Below are positions 28,476 to 36,806 of a stretch of 59,498 nucleotides of DNA, one piece after another. Within the stretch, counting starts at the first letter, position 1. Each line of letters begins with the position of its first letter. Source of the stretch: Candidatus Scatosoma sp. (GTDB lineage: Bacteria > Bacillota > Clostridia > Christensenellales > Borkfalkiaceae); the NCBI GenBank assembly GCA_045652785.1, contig JAZOLF010000150.1:1-59498 (forward strand), read 5' to 3'. Made by a program: the position numbers and the translations under genes. The notes beneath the pieces were generated by a model. The model worked only from the letters and a program-made list of their open reading frames with translations, was not told where the DNA came from and did no database searches.

Positions 28476-30245
28476 TTACAGGTTGAAGTTCGGATCTTTC
28501 CAGAAATCCTTAGGCCACTTGTTGTCAGCAACCAAGTCAGGAACGTCCTTTCTAACCGCATCGTCCCACTTGGAAACGAAGTTTGCAGGTACAAGCGTTT
28601 GGCCGCTTGCAAGGTTCGTCATCAAAAGGCTGCGCCACAATTCGGTGATCTTACCGCGGGTTTCGGGATAACCGTTTACGTAGCGAACGCCCCACGTCAA
28701 GAACGGGTTAGCGTCAACGTCGCCGCTGAACGTAATCGTTTCGTTGCTTTCATCGAAATATGCCTTCCATTCGGCAGGGATAACCACCAAATCATTCTTC
28801 ACGGAAGACAAGCCCTTAGGCACGTCGCCGTTTGTCGCCAAGCCCTTGTAATAAATGGTTTGGCCGTAAGGGGACATAACGAATTTCACGAAGTCTTTGT
28901 TGAGTTCGTTTTGCGCAGCGTCGCCCGTATGGTTTACGATAGAAAGGAACCCACCGTTACCGCCGATGTCGCGGGTGATGGTCGTCACAGGAACGATGTC
29001 TTCGCCGATACGATCGCCCGTCTTATATTGACCGGAGATCATTTGGGGATAATCGAAGTAGCCAACCGAGAAGGTATCCGTTTCCGCACGTTGATAGTTC
29101 AAGCCAAAACCCTGGTAGTCCAAGATGATTTGGGGGGATGCCTTACCGTCACCTTGCGTTTCGAACTTATCACGAAGGCCGTCGAATTCGGTGGTAGAAA
29201 CGTCCTTCATCAAATAGCCCTTCATCTTTGCAAGTTGGGAAACGAAATCGCGGTAAACTTCGCTGGTGTAGCCAACATAGCCGGGACCCCAGTTGCAATC
29301 TTCTTCCATGAGAATATTCAACATCTTTGCATAACGATAGCCGTAGCCGCTGTTGAGTTCTACTACTTCTGCCGTTTCATCATAGTTACTCCACACTTCG
29401 TTTGTGTCGCCGCCCATGATGTATTGATAGAATTGACGGTAGTAATAGTCACCATATACGCGGAGCAACCAACTAAATTGCAAGGATTCAACACTTGCCG
29501 CAGACAAGGAAATCCCCAAGGGGTTGCTATAACCAGCCTGTTGCATATAGTTGCAAAGGGAAATCAAATCATCCCAAGTTTCAGGATAGCCGATCTCACC
29601 AGAATCGTTCTTATAACCAAGTGCACCTGCTTCTTCCAAAGCCACGTCGTTTACGAACCAGCACTTTTGCATAACTTCGGTGTTGAGAATAATACTCTTA
29701 CCGCTGGTATCCGCTTCCTTGGTGGTGTAAGCCGCTTTTTGCAAAACGCTGGACCATTGAACGTTTTCACCGCAGTAAGGGTTGTAGGACGCGATCGCCG
29801 CATACATATCAATACAGTGTTGTTCGGTTGCGGTATAACCCAAGTTCCCTTCTACGATATCCCAGTCCGTACCCAAGTTCGCAAGTTCGATGTTCAGTTT
29901 ATCCGAGTAGGACGAACCCGAGTAGTTGGTGTTGACTACCACTTCTACCGCGCCGCCTTGCAAACGCTTATATTCGTTTGCGAGCGCTCTCCAACCGCTT
30001 TGCGTACCTTCAAAGTCCAAGCAAACGTCGATTTTTCCCGAATATTGCTTAATGTTTGCAACGTCGGGCAAGTATTTTGCATCATACCCTGCACCGAGTT
30101 CCGCAAGCGACAGCGCTTGCGCGGAAATGTTGTTGCCTGTTGCACCCGCCGAAGAGCCGCCACCGCCGCTATTACCACCGCAGGATGCCAAAATCGGCGT
30201 GCAAACCATTGTCAAAGCCAACAATGCCGTAAGTTTCTTTTTCAT
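28476..30245 (-). CDS. large extracellular solute-binding lipoprotein of a CUT1/LplA-type sugar ABC system
   Basis: MKKKLTALLALTMVCTPILASC-GG lipobox. About 589 aa, immediately upstream of two sugar permeases. Start moved to Met16 of the ORF-track protein (RBS TAAGGAGA). Confidence 0.8.
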   Translation of the reverse strand: MKKKLTALLALTMVCTPILASCGGNSGGGGSSAGATGNNISAQALSLAELGAGYDAKYLPDVANIKQYSGKIDVCLDFEGTQSGWRALANEYKRLQGGAVEVVVNTNYSGSSYSDKLNIELANLGTDWDIVEGNLGYTATEQHCIDMYAAIASYNPYCGENVQWSSVLQKAAYTTKEADTSGKSIILNTEVMQKCWFVNDVALEEAGALGYKNDSGEIGYPETWDDLISLCNYMQQAGYSNPLGISLSAASVESLQFSWLLRVYGDYYYRQFYQYIMGGDTNEVWSNYDETAEVVELNSGYGYRYAKMLNILMEEDCNWGPGYVGYTSEVYRDFVSQLAKMKGYLMKDVSTTEFDGLRDKFETQGDGKASPQIILDYQGFGLNYQRAETDTFSVGYFDYPQMISGQYKTGDRIGEDIVPVTTITRDIGGNGGFLSIVNHTGDAAQNELNKDFVKFVMSPYGQTIYYKGLATNGDVPKGLSSVKNDLVVIPAEWKAYFDESNETITFSGDVDANPFLTWGVRYVNGYPETRGKITELWRSLLMTNLASGQTLVPANFVSKWDDAVRKDVPDLVADNKWPKDFWKDPNFNL

Positions 30246-30280
30246 CTTTATCTCCTTATATCCTTTTTCTTTTCCGTTTA

Positions 30281-30427
30281 TTAGCCCCAAAAACCAGGGG
30301 TTTCAGGCAAATCAGGCAAGTTCGTCACGTTATCGTCTTCTTCGTTCCCCGGCAGGGATGCCGTGACGATATCGTCCGTAGCGAGTTTGATGATGTCCAG
30401 TTCTACAAAAATATACGTTTTCTTCAT
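30281..30427 (-). CDS. unannotated 48-aa small ORF: MKKTYIFVELDIIKLATDDIVTASLPGNEEDDNVTNLPDLPETPGFWG
   Basis: Below the ORF-track size cut-off. The ATG (comp. 30425-30427) is preceded by AAGGGGGTGA at ideal spacing, which directly follows the TAA of the giant gene. TAA stop at 30281-30283. It fills an otherwise unexplained 195-nt gap. Confidence 0.45.
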   Translation of the reverse strand: MKKTYIFVELDIIKLATDDIVTASLPGNEEDDNVTNLPDLPETPGFWG

Positions 30428-30440
30428 CTCATTCACCCCC

Positions 30441-33400
30441 TTAACCTACACAAATTACCGCTTGACCGGGCGCCAACGAGCCGCTAAACCCGTTTTGGTA
30501 CACCGCATAGGGCGCATCTTCCGTACCAACGCCGATACCTACCAAGTAACAAGTACCCGTCGCGTTTACGCTTACGGGGTTTGAAACGCTCATCGTGTCC
30601 GCGTTCACGTACATCTTAATGTCGCTTGCGCCGCTCTTTTTGAGCGTCGTCGTCAACAAATTATTGCTTACCGATCTGCTATACAAACTATAACCGTTCA
30701 AAACGCCTTGGATGAGTTCAAACTGCAACCCCGCCGTTTTCGCCGCGTTGTAATAAGACCCGCTTGCATTATTGCCGATACCGTTACCGTAGCCGTTGCC
30801 GTCAAAGCCGACCATCGATGCCGCCGTTTCCCCGACAATCGGGAAGTAGCAGAACCAAGAATAGCCCGCTACGTTGTGCGCCGCCGCATACAACATCGAC
30901 ATATACAAGTCTGCTTCGGTCAACGTACCGGCATAGTCCTTGCTTTGCGTGTGCGCCGTGATAACTTGATAGAATTTCTTATCGCCGCCGAGAATGCCGT
31001 TCGTACCGTCCTTATAAACAACGTCGTAGGTCATTTTGTAGCGGTTCGTTTTGTCACCCATCGCGTGGCCCGTGTACAAGTCCACGTACACGTAGTCCAA
31101 GCCCGTACCGCTGAACCAGTCTTCCAAGTAATCATCGTAGCCGACAAGCGCCCCAGCAATTTCAAAGCCTTCCGCATATTGATACAAGCAGGACAAGAAG
31201 AAAGGTTCGTTGCCGTTTGACTTGGAAAGACCAAGGGTTGCGCACGTTTCCTTCAACGCTTGCACCATAAAGCCTACGCTTTCCATTTCGCTACCCGTAA
31301 ACAAGGAATTAGGTTCGGGTTCGTCTTCGAGCGAGAAACCATAGAACGCAGGATGCGCCGTGTATTTTTCGAGCAGCGCCATACGCTCTCGGATAACCGC
31401 TTTCGCATCAGACTTCGAGTCAACTTCCTTCGACTGTTGATACAAGACGTCGTCGCAAACGATAACCTTCATACCAAGCGTCCAAGCCGTATCCATGATA
31501 TACTTGGTGCGGCTGGTTTCCCAAACGCTATTTTCACCCAAAGATGCGGTCGTGCCTTCCGAAATCAACAGCACGTTGTTGCCCATCGCCTTCAATTTTG
31601 CCGCGTGCGCAGGGAATTCCGCAGGGGAAGTCCAGTCCGTTGCCGTCCCTTGATCTTTCGACCAACCCGTTTCCTTGTTGTAGTACGCGAAGTAAACAGG
31701 CACTTTCGCGTCTTCATCGTAATAATAACTGGTACCGTCGTCCTTTTGGTTCAAATTGTCGCCGATACCCAATTGCTGCATCATCTCACCCGTGAACTTA
31801 TACAAGCCGTCGGACATCGCTTTATAACTATATACGGGTTTGATTTCTACGCTTTCAAACGCCGTGCTTGCATCCGAAGATTTATAAGCCTTAGAATAGG
31901 AGTACGCCGTTACGGTAATTTGGTGTTTACCAACCACTTCGGGTTTATATTCGTTCGTCGTTACGATAACGCCGTTGCGATAATCGTTGCTATCCGTGAC
32001 GAAGTAGTAATCCGCATTCGCCACCGCTGCCCAAGTGACCGCATAGCCCGCGCCGTAGCCGACAACGGGGGTAGCAAGTTTTGTCAAACCGACGTTCTTT
32101 CTTTCGTCCGTTTCCGTCTTGACGGATTGCAACTTCGCAACCATTTCCGCGTTCACGTTGTTGTCTTCAAAGTTCGTCCAGTCTTCCAAGATGGACAAGA
32201 TTTCGTTCTTATACAAATCACTATATTCGTTGCTGGATTTGTAGTAATCCACAATCGCTTGATAGTAAGCCGCTGTATCCCCTGCATTCAAGGTGAACGT
32301 TGCCGTTTTGCCATCCGTTGCAAGGCGGTAGCCGCTTACCGTATAGGCTTGGTTGCCGATAACCACTTCCGCATCGTAGCCTGCCAAGATACGCACGCCG
32401 TTGACGGTGATAGCCTTTACAGCGCTTGCAAACGTAAGCGTATATACGTTGCCGTTCTTCGCACAAACGATTTCATTATTCGACGCCGAGTTCCCGTTGC
32501 TTACTTGGAAACCGCTGTCGATCGCAACGTCTGCGATGCTGTTCACGTAAGATGCAACCGCCAACGAATCGTTATCGTCCTTCTTTGCCGCCGTCGCAAC
32601 GTCGTAGATACTTCTTGCGTGCAAATCCTTGCTATACGGAGTATAAACGTATTGTTCCGTGCCATCCGTGTACGCAATCAACAAATAGCCGCGTGCGGAC
32701 ATCGAACGCGCATACTGCGCAGGGCTGATATTGACGAGCGCCGCCGCATACGTCCAAGTGGCCCCATCTTCCACCAACCAAGTTTCGGTGGGAACATCCA
32801 CGAAGTAGCCGTCAGGGAAACTTTCATGCACGAAAGCAATTCCGCCATCCAAATAGGTGGTAGGCACAACCAAAGTACCTGCGCCGATGATAAAGTTCTT
32901 ATCAACGCCCGCTTGATACCCTTGACCGCTGACGTCCACCAAGAAACGAAGACCGCTTGCGCCCGTGGTACGCACCGCCGCGCCGTTGCGCATCGTGAAA
33001 TTCAACCATACGGGATACATCGTCGTATCTGCGGTCAATTCCATTTCATATCCAGCAGGATACAAAACGCCAAGCGTGTTCAAATCATTCGTCCAACCTA
33101 CGAACACGTCGTTTGCGTGATTCTTATAGTCGTAAGCGTTGAGCGCAGGCAAGGTATATTTCCACGCCTTTTCTTGCGCGATAACCGTGTTTCCTTCCTT
33201 CAAAGTAAGGTTATATCTACCGTCTTCTTGGGGTTTAAATCCAGGGTCGGAAACCAAAACGCCGTTCGTTATCGCCGAGTTCGTCGAGAACGAGATGCTG
33301 TCCACATAACGCCCGATCGTGTTGTAATAATCCGCGCCCAACTCAATGGTTCTAATCACTTCGCTATCGTTGATGCGGATGTACGTTTGCACCATACCCG

Positions 33401-36368
33401 TAGCCTTGTCAACGATTTTATAACCGAGCGTCACGCGATAGGTTTGCCCTTTTGCGAAGATACCTTCTTCTTCCCAAGTGCCAACCCCCACACCACCGTT
33501 GATGAACTCAATACACTTGTTCGGATTGTCAGGACGATACAAATAGAAACTCCAACCGAACGCGTTTCCGCCGTTATAACCACGGGTTGCCAACGCAATC
33601 TTGAACGTCGTATAGTTGCCTTGTGCGTTCAAACCTTTATTGCCGAGATTGAGCGAGAAATCAAAGGTAATCGAGAAGGACTCCGAAACGTTATAGCCGT
33701 ACACCGAACCGCCCGTCGTTGCCGCGTCTACATAGAGATAACCTTTACCAAGTTCCAACGAAGGCGCATGCCCGATGTTGTACAAATCGGACAAAACGTA
33801 GTCTTTTTCATATTCGGGTTTGATAGAAATGTTTGCATCGCCCTGTCTTACCCAAACGCCGTTTTCATTCAAGAAGACAACGTCTTCGGTCAAAACGTAG
33901 CAAGTTTTATTCGAACCATCCAAACGGTATGCATTAGAAGGAATTTGACAACCCTTCTTGAGTACAATGGATTGCGTAGGCGTGTAGTGTCTATACTCGC
34001 CAACCAAGTAGGTTGCAAAGGAGCCCCAGTTATCCCAGATGTTTAAATATGCGTCTTCGCTACTTGTAGGAGTGGAAGAAAGCCTTTTCCCATCCACTTC
34101 TACATGGTCAAAGAAATGCATATTCGCTACTTGGGTTTTGGCATTTAACGTCCCATTCCCCGCACCGACAGAATAATCGTTATTCGTCAAATAGACAATC
34201 AAGAACCCTGCTTCGAATTGCACTTTGGAAACGTTGGTTTCAAGTTCGTCGAAATCGTGTGCGGTATAAACAGCCTTTACAACGATGTCTTCGCCGTTCA
34301 AAGTGTAGCTTTCCCAAACGCCTTTGTAGCCCGCCTTTTCGGGTACGTCGGGGAGCGTACCGTTGATACCGTTCGTCTTGGTGTACGACAAAGTCTTTAC
34401 CGTTTTGCCGTCCGCCACGAAAGCAATTTTCGCTTCTCTTTCCCACGAAACTTCCTTGTCATCGCTCACGCGAACGTAGGTTGCTTCTTCCGTGGTCACG
34501 TAGAAGAGTTGCGAACCATCCTTGATGTACGCCATCGAAGGGAATTGCGTACCTGCGCGGATTACGATTTTCTTCGCGCCAATATCTGCGCCGTCATCGG
34601 TCGGGATACGCACCGCAAAGTTATGGCCGACAAAGCGATTTACCCAGAACCAAGGCGAACCGATTGCGCCCGTACCATATTCGTTGTATCTTGCGCGGAG
34701 CGTGTAGCCGTCCACAATGATATTATCTAAGAAGTTGAGTTCCAAAATCTTATTTGCATCCACGCCGATATTGTACGTAGCAGCGTTATTGCCATCGGGG
34801 GCAGGATAGTCGTTCACGCTCAAATTAAAGTTGATAATGTTCGTCGAACGGCCGAATTGTACCTGCGTGATTGCGGTATCAAAATCCCCTTCGGGTATGT
34901 ATTCCACCCATTCGCCGTTCCCGTTTTTCACAAAGGACACTTCTTGCGATACGACGTACACTTCTCTCGCGCCGTTCATCAATGCGTTATAGGTAGGGAT
35001 TTGGCAGCCCGCCAAAACGGTAATCTTCGTTGCCGCCGAACCCTTGCTGGTACGGAATGCGATTACGCCCTTGTTGCCCCATACGTTGAGCAATACTTCG
35101 CCTACGGGGCCACCGAGCGCCACGCCGTCAACCAACACGTGGGAATAGAAGTTGGTGTTCGCAAGGAACGCCTTGATATCCACGCTACCGCCGTTCCAGT
35201 TATCAATTTCGGTAGGATAGTCGTGCGTGGCAAGTTTGATGAACGTGAAATTGTCACTCGTCCCTTCTACGAAAGCAGATTTCACCGTCGTTTCCTTTTC
35301 TACAAGGGGTTTCGCCCAAGAGCCGTCGGGCTGCTTATAGAACGTCACGTCCGTTTGCGTTTCGTACATGATATAAACGGGGTTACCAGTATTTCCTTCG
35401 GTCGCATTGAGCGCAAACAAGTTTTTCATTGCGTACGAAGGGAAGAGCGTACCTGCGGGAATGGTAATGCTTTCCGTTTCTTCTTCCGCCGCGCGGAATA
35501 CGAACGAGAAGTAGCCTGCGCCCTTGCTGTTCAAGTTGAACAAACCATAACTTTCCGCTACACTACCTACGCCGTCTGCCGTAATCTTGTTCGAGAAATG
35601 GTTTACGGTATATACGTCCGAATAATAATCGGGATGTCTTTCTTGCGTCGTACCATCCGCCGCATAGTCGTCACCCTTCAAGGAAACACCAAGGTAAGCG
35701 TTGTTGTAGTTGGCATCCCAACCCGTCACGTATTTGATGGATTCGATGTCGGTCTTACCAATAGCCATCACGTCAAAAGCAACGCCAGCGTTCATCGTGA
35801 CAAAGTCACAACCCGCACGATATACCGTTGCAGTTGTGTCGCCTTGCAAATATGCGTGGCTGGGGATCAACGCGCCTTCCAAAATCGTCAAACGAGAGCC
35901 CGATTTTACACCTTCTGCCGTAGCAGCCGTCATATTATCTTTACCCATCGACAGCGGAATTTGCAACGTGTAATCGGGGCCACTTTCATTGAGCCAGTAA
36001 ATATTATCGTAGCAACTGTTGCAACCCCATTCCGCCAATGTTTTGCCGCCCACTTTAATATGGTTGAACAAATCCAACTTCTTCATCAAGCCGGGCAAAT
36101 CCCCCGTACCCTTGTACGATTGTTGGCCAGCATTTTCGTTCGTCCAGTCCGCTTCACCAAGCGTAAGACGAATTTCGAAGTTGCCGTTGCCGTGCCAACC
36201 TGCGATGCTACCCATCATTGCGACGTCTTTCGTCGTGTAGGTCGTTGCCGCTTGCGCCGCAGGGACAGCCTGCGTTTGCGGAGCAGAAAACACTACGCCG
36301 AAAAAACCTGCCAAGCACGCCAACGCGCCCAGCAAAATGGTTGCAACTGTTTTCTTCATTTTTGCCAT
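30441..36368 (-). CDS. 1975-aa secreted multidomain protein: domain X, further X-like modules, Flg_new-type repeats, jelly-roll-like middle, C-terminal glycosidase-like region
   Basis: Signal peptide MAKMKKTVATILLGALACLAGFFGVVFSAPQTQA. The N-terminal ~440 aa are paralogous to the 1319-aa protein. Flg_new-like FVGWTNDLNTLGVLYPAGYEMELTADTTMYPVW. The C-terminal ~400 aa contain KVIVCDD...AFYGFSLEDEPE. Start placed at MAKMKK (RBS AAGGAGAG); the ORF track starts 8 codons earlier. Confidence 0.75.
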   Translation of the reverse strand: MAKMKKTVATILLGALACLAGFFGVVFSAPQTQAVPAAQAATTYTTKDVAMMGSIAGWHGNGNFEIRLTLGEADWTNENAGQQSYKGTGDLPGLMKKLDLFNHIKVGGKTLAEWGCNSCYDNIYWLNESGPDYTLQIPLSMGKDNMTAATAEGVKSGSRLTILEGALIPSHAYLQGDTTATVYRAGCDFVTMNAGVAFDVMAIGKTDIESIKYVTGWDANYNNAYLGVSLKGDDYAADGTTQERHPDYYSDVYTVNHFSNKITADGVGSVAESYGLFNLNSKGAGYFSFVFRAAEEETESITIPAGTLFPSYAMKNLFALNATEGNTGNPVYIMYETQTDVTFYKQPDGSWAKPLVEKETTVKSAFVEGTSDNFTFIKLATHDYPTEIDNWNGGSVDIKAFLANTNFYSHVLVDGVALGGPVGEVLLNVWGNKGVIAFRTSKGSAATKITVLAGCQIPTYNALMNGAREVYVVSQEVSFVKNGNGEWVEYIPEGDFDTAITQVQFGRSTNIINFNLSVNDYPAPDGNNAATYNIGVDANKILELNFLDNIIVDGYTLRARYNEYGTGAIGSPWFWVNRFVGHNFAVRIPTDDGADIGAKKIVIRAGTQFPSMAYIKDGSQLFYVTTEEATYVRVSDDKEVSWEREAKIAFVADGKTVKTLSYTKTNGINGTLPDVPEKAGYKGVWESYTLNGEDIVVKAVYTAHDFDELETNVSKVQFEAGFLIVYLTNNDYSVGAGNGTLNAKTQVANMHFFDHVEVDGKRLSSTPTSSEDAYLNIWDNWGSFATYLVGEYRHYTPTQSIVLKKGCQIPSNAYRLDGSNKTCYVLTEDVVFLNENGVWVRQGDANISIKPEYEKDYVLSDLYNIGHAPSLELGKGYLYVDAATTGGSVYGYNVSESFSITFDFSLNLGNKGLNAQGNYTTFKIALATRGYNGGNAFGWSFYLYRPDNPNKCIEFINGGVGVGTWEEEGIFAKGQTYRVTLGYKIVDKATGMVQTYIRINDSEVIRTIELGADYYNTIGRYVDSISFSTNSAITNGVLVSDPGFKPQEDGRYNLTLKEGNTVIAQEKAWKYTLPALNAYDYKNHANDVFVGWTNDLNTLGVLYPAGYEMELTADTTMYPVWLNFTMRNGAAVRTTGASGLRFLVDVSGQGYQAGVDKNFIIGAGTLVVPTTYLDGGIAFVHESFPDGYFVDVPTETWLVEDGATWTYAAALVNISPAQYARSMSARGYLLIAYTDGTEQYVYTPYSKDLHARSIYDVATAAKKDDNDSLAVASYVNSIADVAIDSGFQVSNGNSASNNEIVCAKNGNVYTLTFASAVKAITVNGVRILAGYDAEVVIGNQAYTVSGYRLATDGKTATFTLNAGDTAAYYQAIVDYYKSSNEYSDLYKNEILSILEDWTNFEDNNVNAEMVAKLQSVKTETDERKNVGLTKLATPVVGYGAGYAVTWAAVANADYYFVTDSNDYRNGVIVTTNEYKPEVVGKHQITVTAYSYSKAYKSSDASTAFESVEIKPVYSYKAMSDGLYKFTGEMMQQLGIGDNLNQKDDGTSYYYDEDAKVPVYFAYYNKETGWSKDQGTATDWTSPAEFPAHAAKLKAMGNNVLLISEGTTASLGENSVWETSRTKYIMDTAWTLGMKVIVCDDVLYQQSKEVDSKSDAKAVIRERMALLEKYTAHPAFYGFSLEDEPEPNSLFTGSEMESVGFMVQALKETCATLGLSKSNGNEPFFLSCLYQYAEGFEIAGALVGYDDYLEDWFSGTGLDYVYVDLYTGHAMGDKTNRYKMTYDVVYKDGTNGILGGDKKFYQVITAHTQSKDYAGTLTEADLYMSMLYAAAHNVAGYSWFCYFPIVGETAASMVGFDGNGYGNGIGNNASGSYYNAAKTAGLQFELIQGVLNGYSLYSRSVSNNLLTTTLKKSGASDIKMYVNADTMSVSNPVSVNATGTCYLVGIGVGTEDAPYAVYQNGFSGSLAPGQAVICVG
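34902..36242 (-). repeat. ~1.3-kb segment paralogous to 18991..20319
   Basis: See the 18991..20319 entry. Boundaries were estimated from where the two protein sequences stop aligning (after ...GEWVE). Confidence 0.8.
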
Positions 36369-36517
36369 ACATTCTCTCCTTTTTCTTATCAATCGTTTTA
36401 TTTGCTAATCGACAGAATAGCAAATAGCCCCATGGGGCTTCTTTTTTATTTTTTTGCACCGTGCCGCATCCGCCTATTTTTTATAAAAAAATACGGTTTT
36501 CGCACTTGGCATCATAT

Positions 36518-36546
36518 ATTATATCACGACAGCAAAATTGTGTCAA
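36518..36546 (-). promoter_or_regulatory. perfect consensus sigma-70 promoter (TTGACA, 17 nt, TATAAT) for glycan locus 1
   Basis: Minus-strand reading: TTGACA (comp. 36541-36546), spacer caattttgctgtcgtga, TATAAT (comp. 36518-36523). This predicts a leader of roughly 140 nt before the ATG at 36368. Confidence 0.6.
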
Positions 36547-36591
36547 TACAAAACGTTGCAAAAAAGTATATTTTTTTGTGAAAATCTGAAC

Positions 36592-36627
36592 AAAAAAAGC
36601 AGGAAAGCCCCCGCTTTCCTGCTTTTT
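36592..36627 (-). terminator. bidirectional rho-independent terminator (11-bp stem) downstream of the metallophosphoesterase gene
   Basis: agcaggaaagc-cccc-gctttcctgct (36598-36623), flanked by A7 and T5. Confidence 0.6.
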
Positions 36628-36806
36628 GTTATCTTATGTTTTTATCTTGAAAATATTACCATTTTACGGTAATAATCTTCTTCAAACGTTTTTGGGGATG
36701 GAAAGGTTCTACCCACTTACCCCAAGTTCACACGGCTGGCTATGAAAAGGACGTAAAATTTCTTATCTTTCCTATTCATATTTTCACTTCTTGATTTTCA
36801 AAACCA

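Noticed and set aside
31260-34046. 928-aa plus-strand ORF, and the similar ones at 34857..36581, 28599..30284, 23356..24840, 17179..18546, 18691..19923, 26843..27707, 19930..20676, 58540..59460 and 16523..16999.
   Set aside because: All lie in the codon-aligned antisense frame of strongly supported minus-strand genes. They have R/V/F/H-rich low-information composition, no RBS and no recognisable motif. They stay open only because the sense genes avoid TTA, CTA and TCA.
36369-36392. N-terminal extensions in the ORF track: 36369-36392, 38493-38678, 30246-30290, 13812-13853, 16417-16464, 41943-41963 and 43108-43137.
   Set aside because: In each case an internal Met is preceded by a strong AGGAG-like RBS and begins a canonical signal peptide, lipobox or domain start. 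The extension overlaps a promoter, a hairpin or the upstream gene. The ORF track also appears to accept GTG/TTG starts.
36690-36770. 19-codon minus-strand ORF (MNRKDKKFYVLFIASRVNLG) downstream of the metallophosphoesterase gene.
   Set aside because: It is very short, has only a weak GAAGTGA-like RBS, and lies in a 3' untranslated stretch before the terminator. There is no supporting feature.
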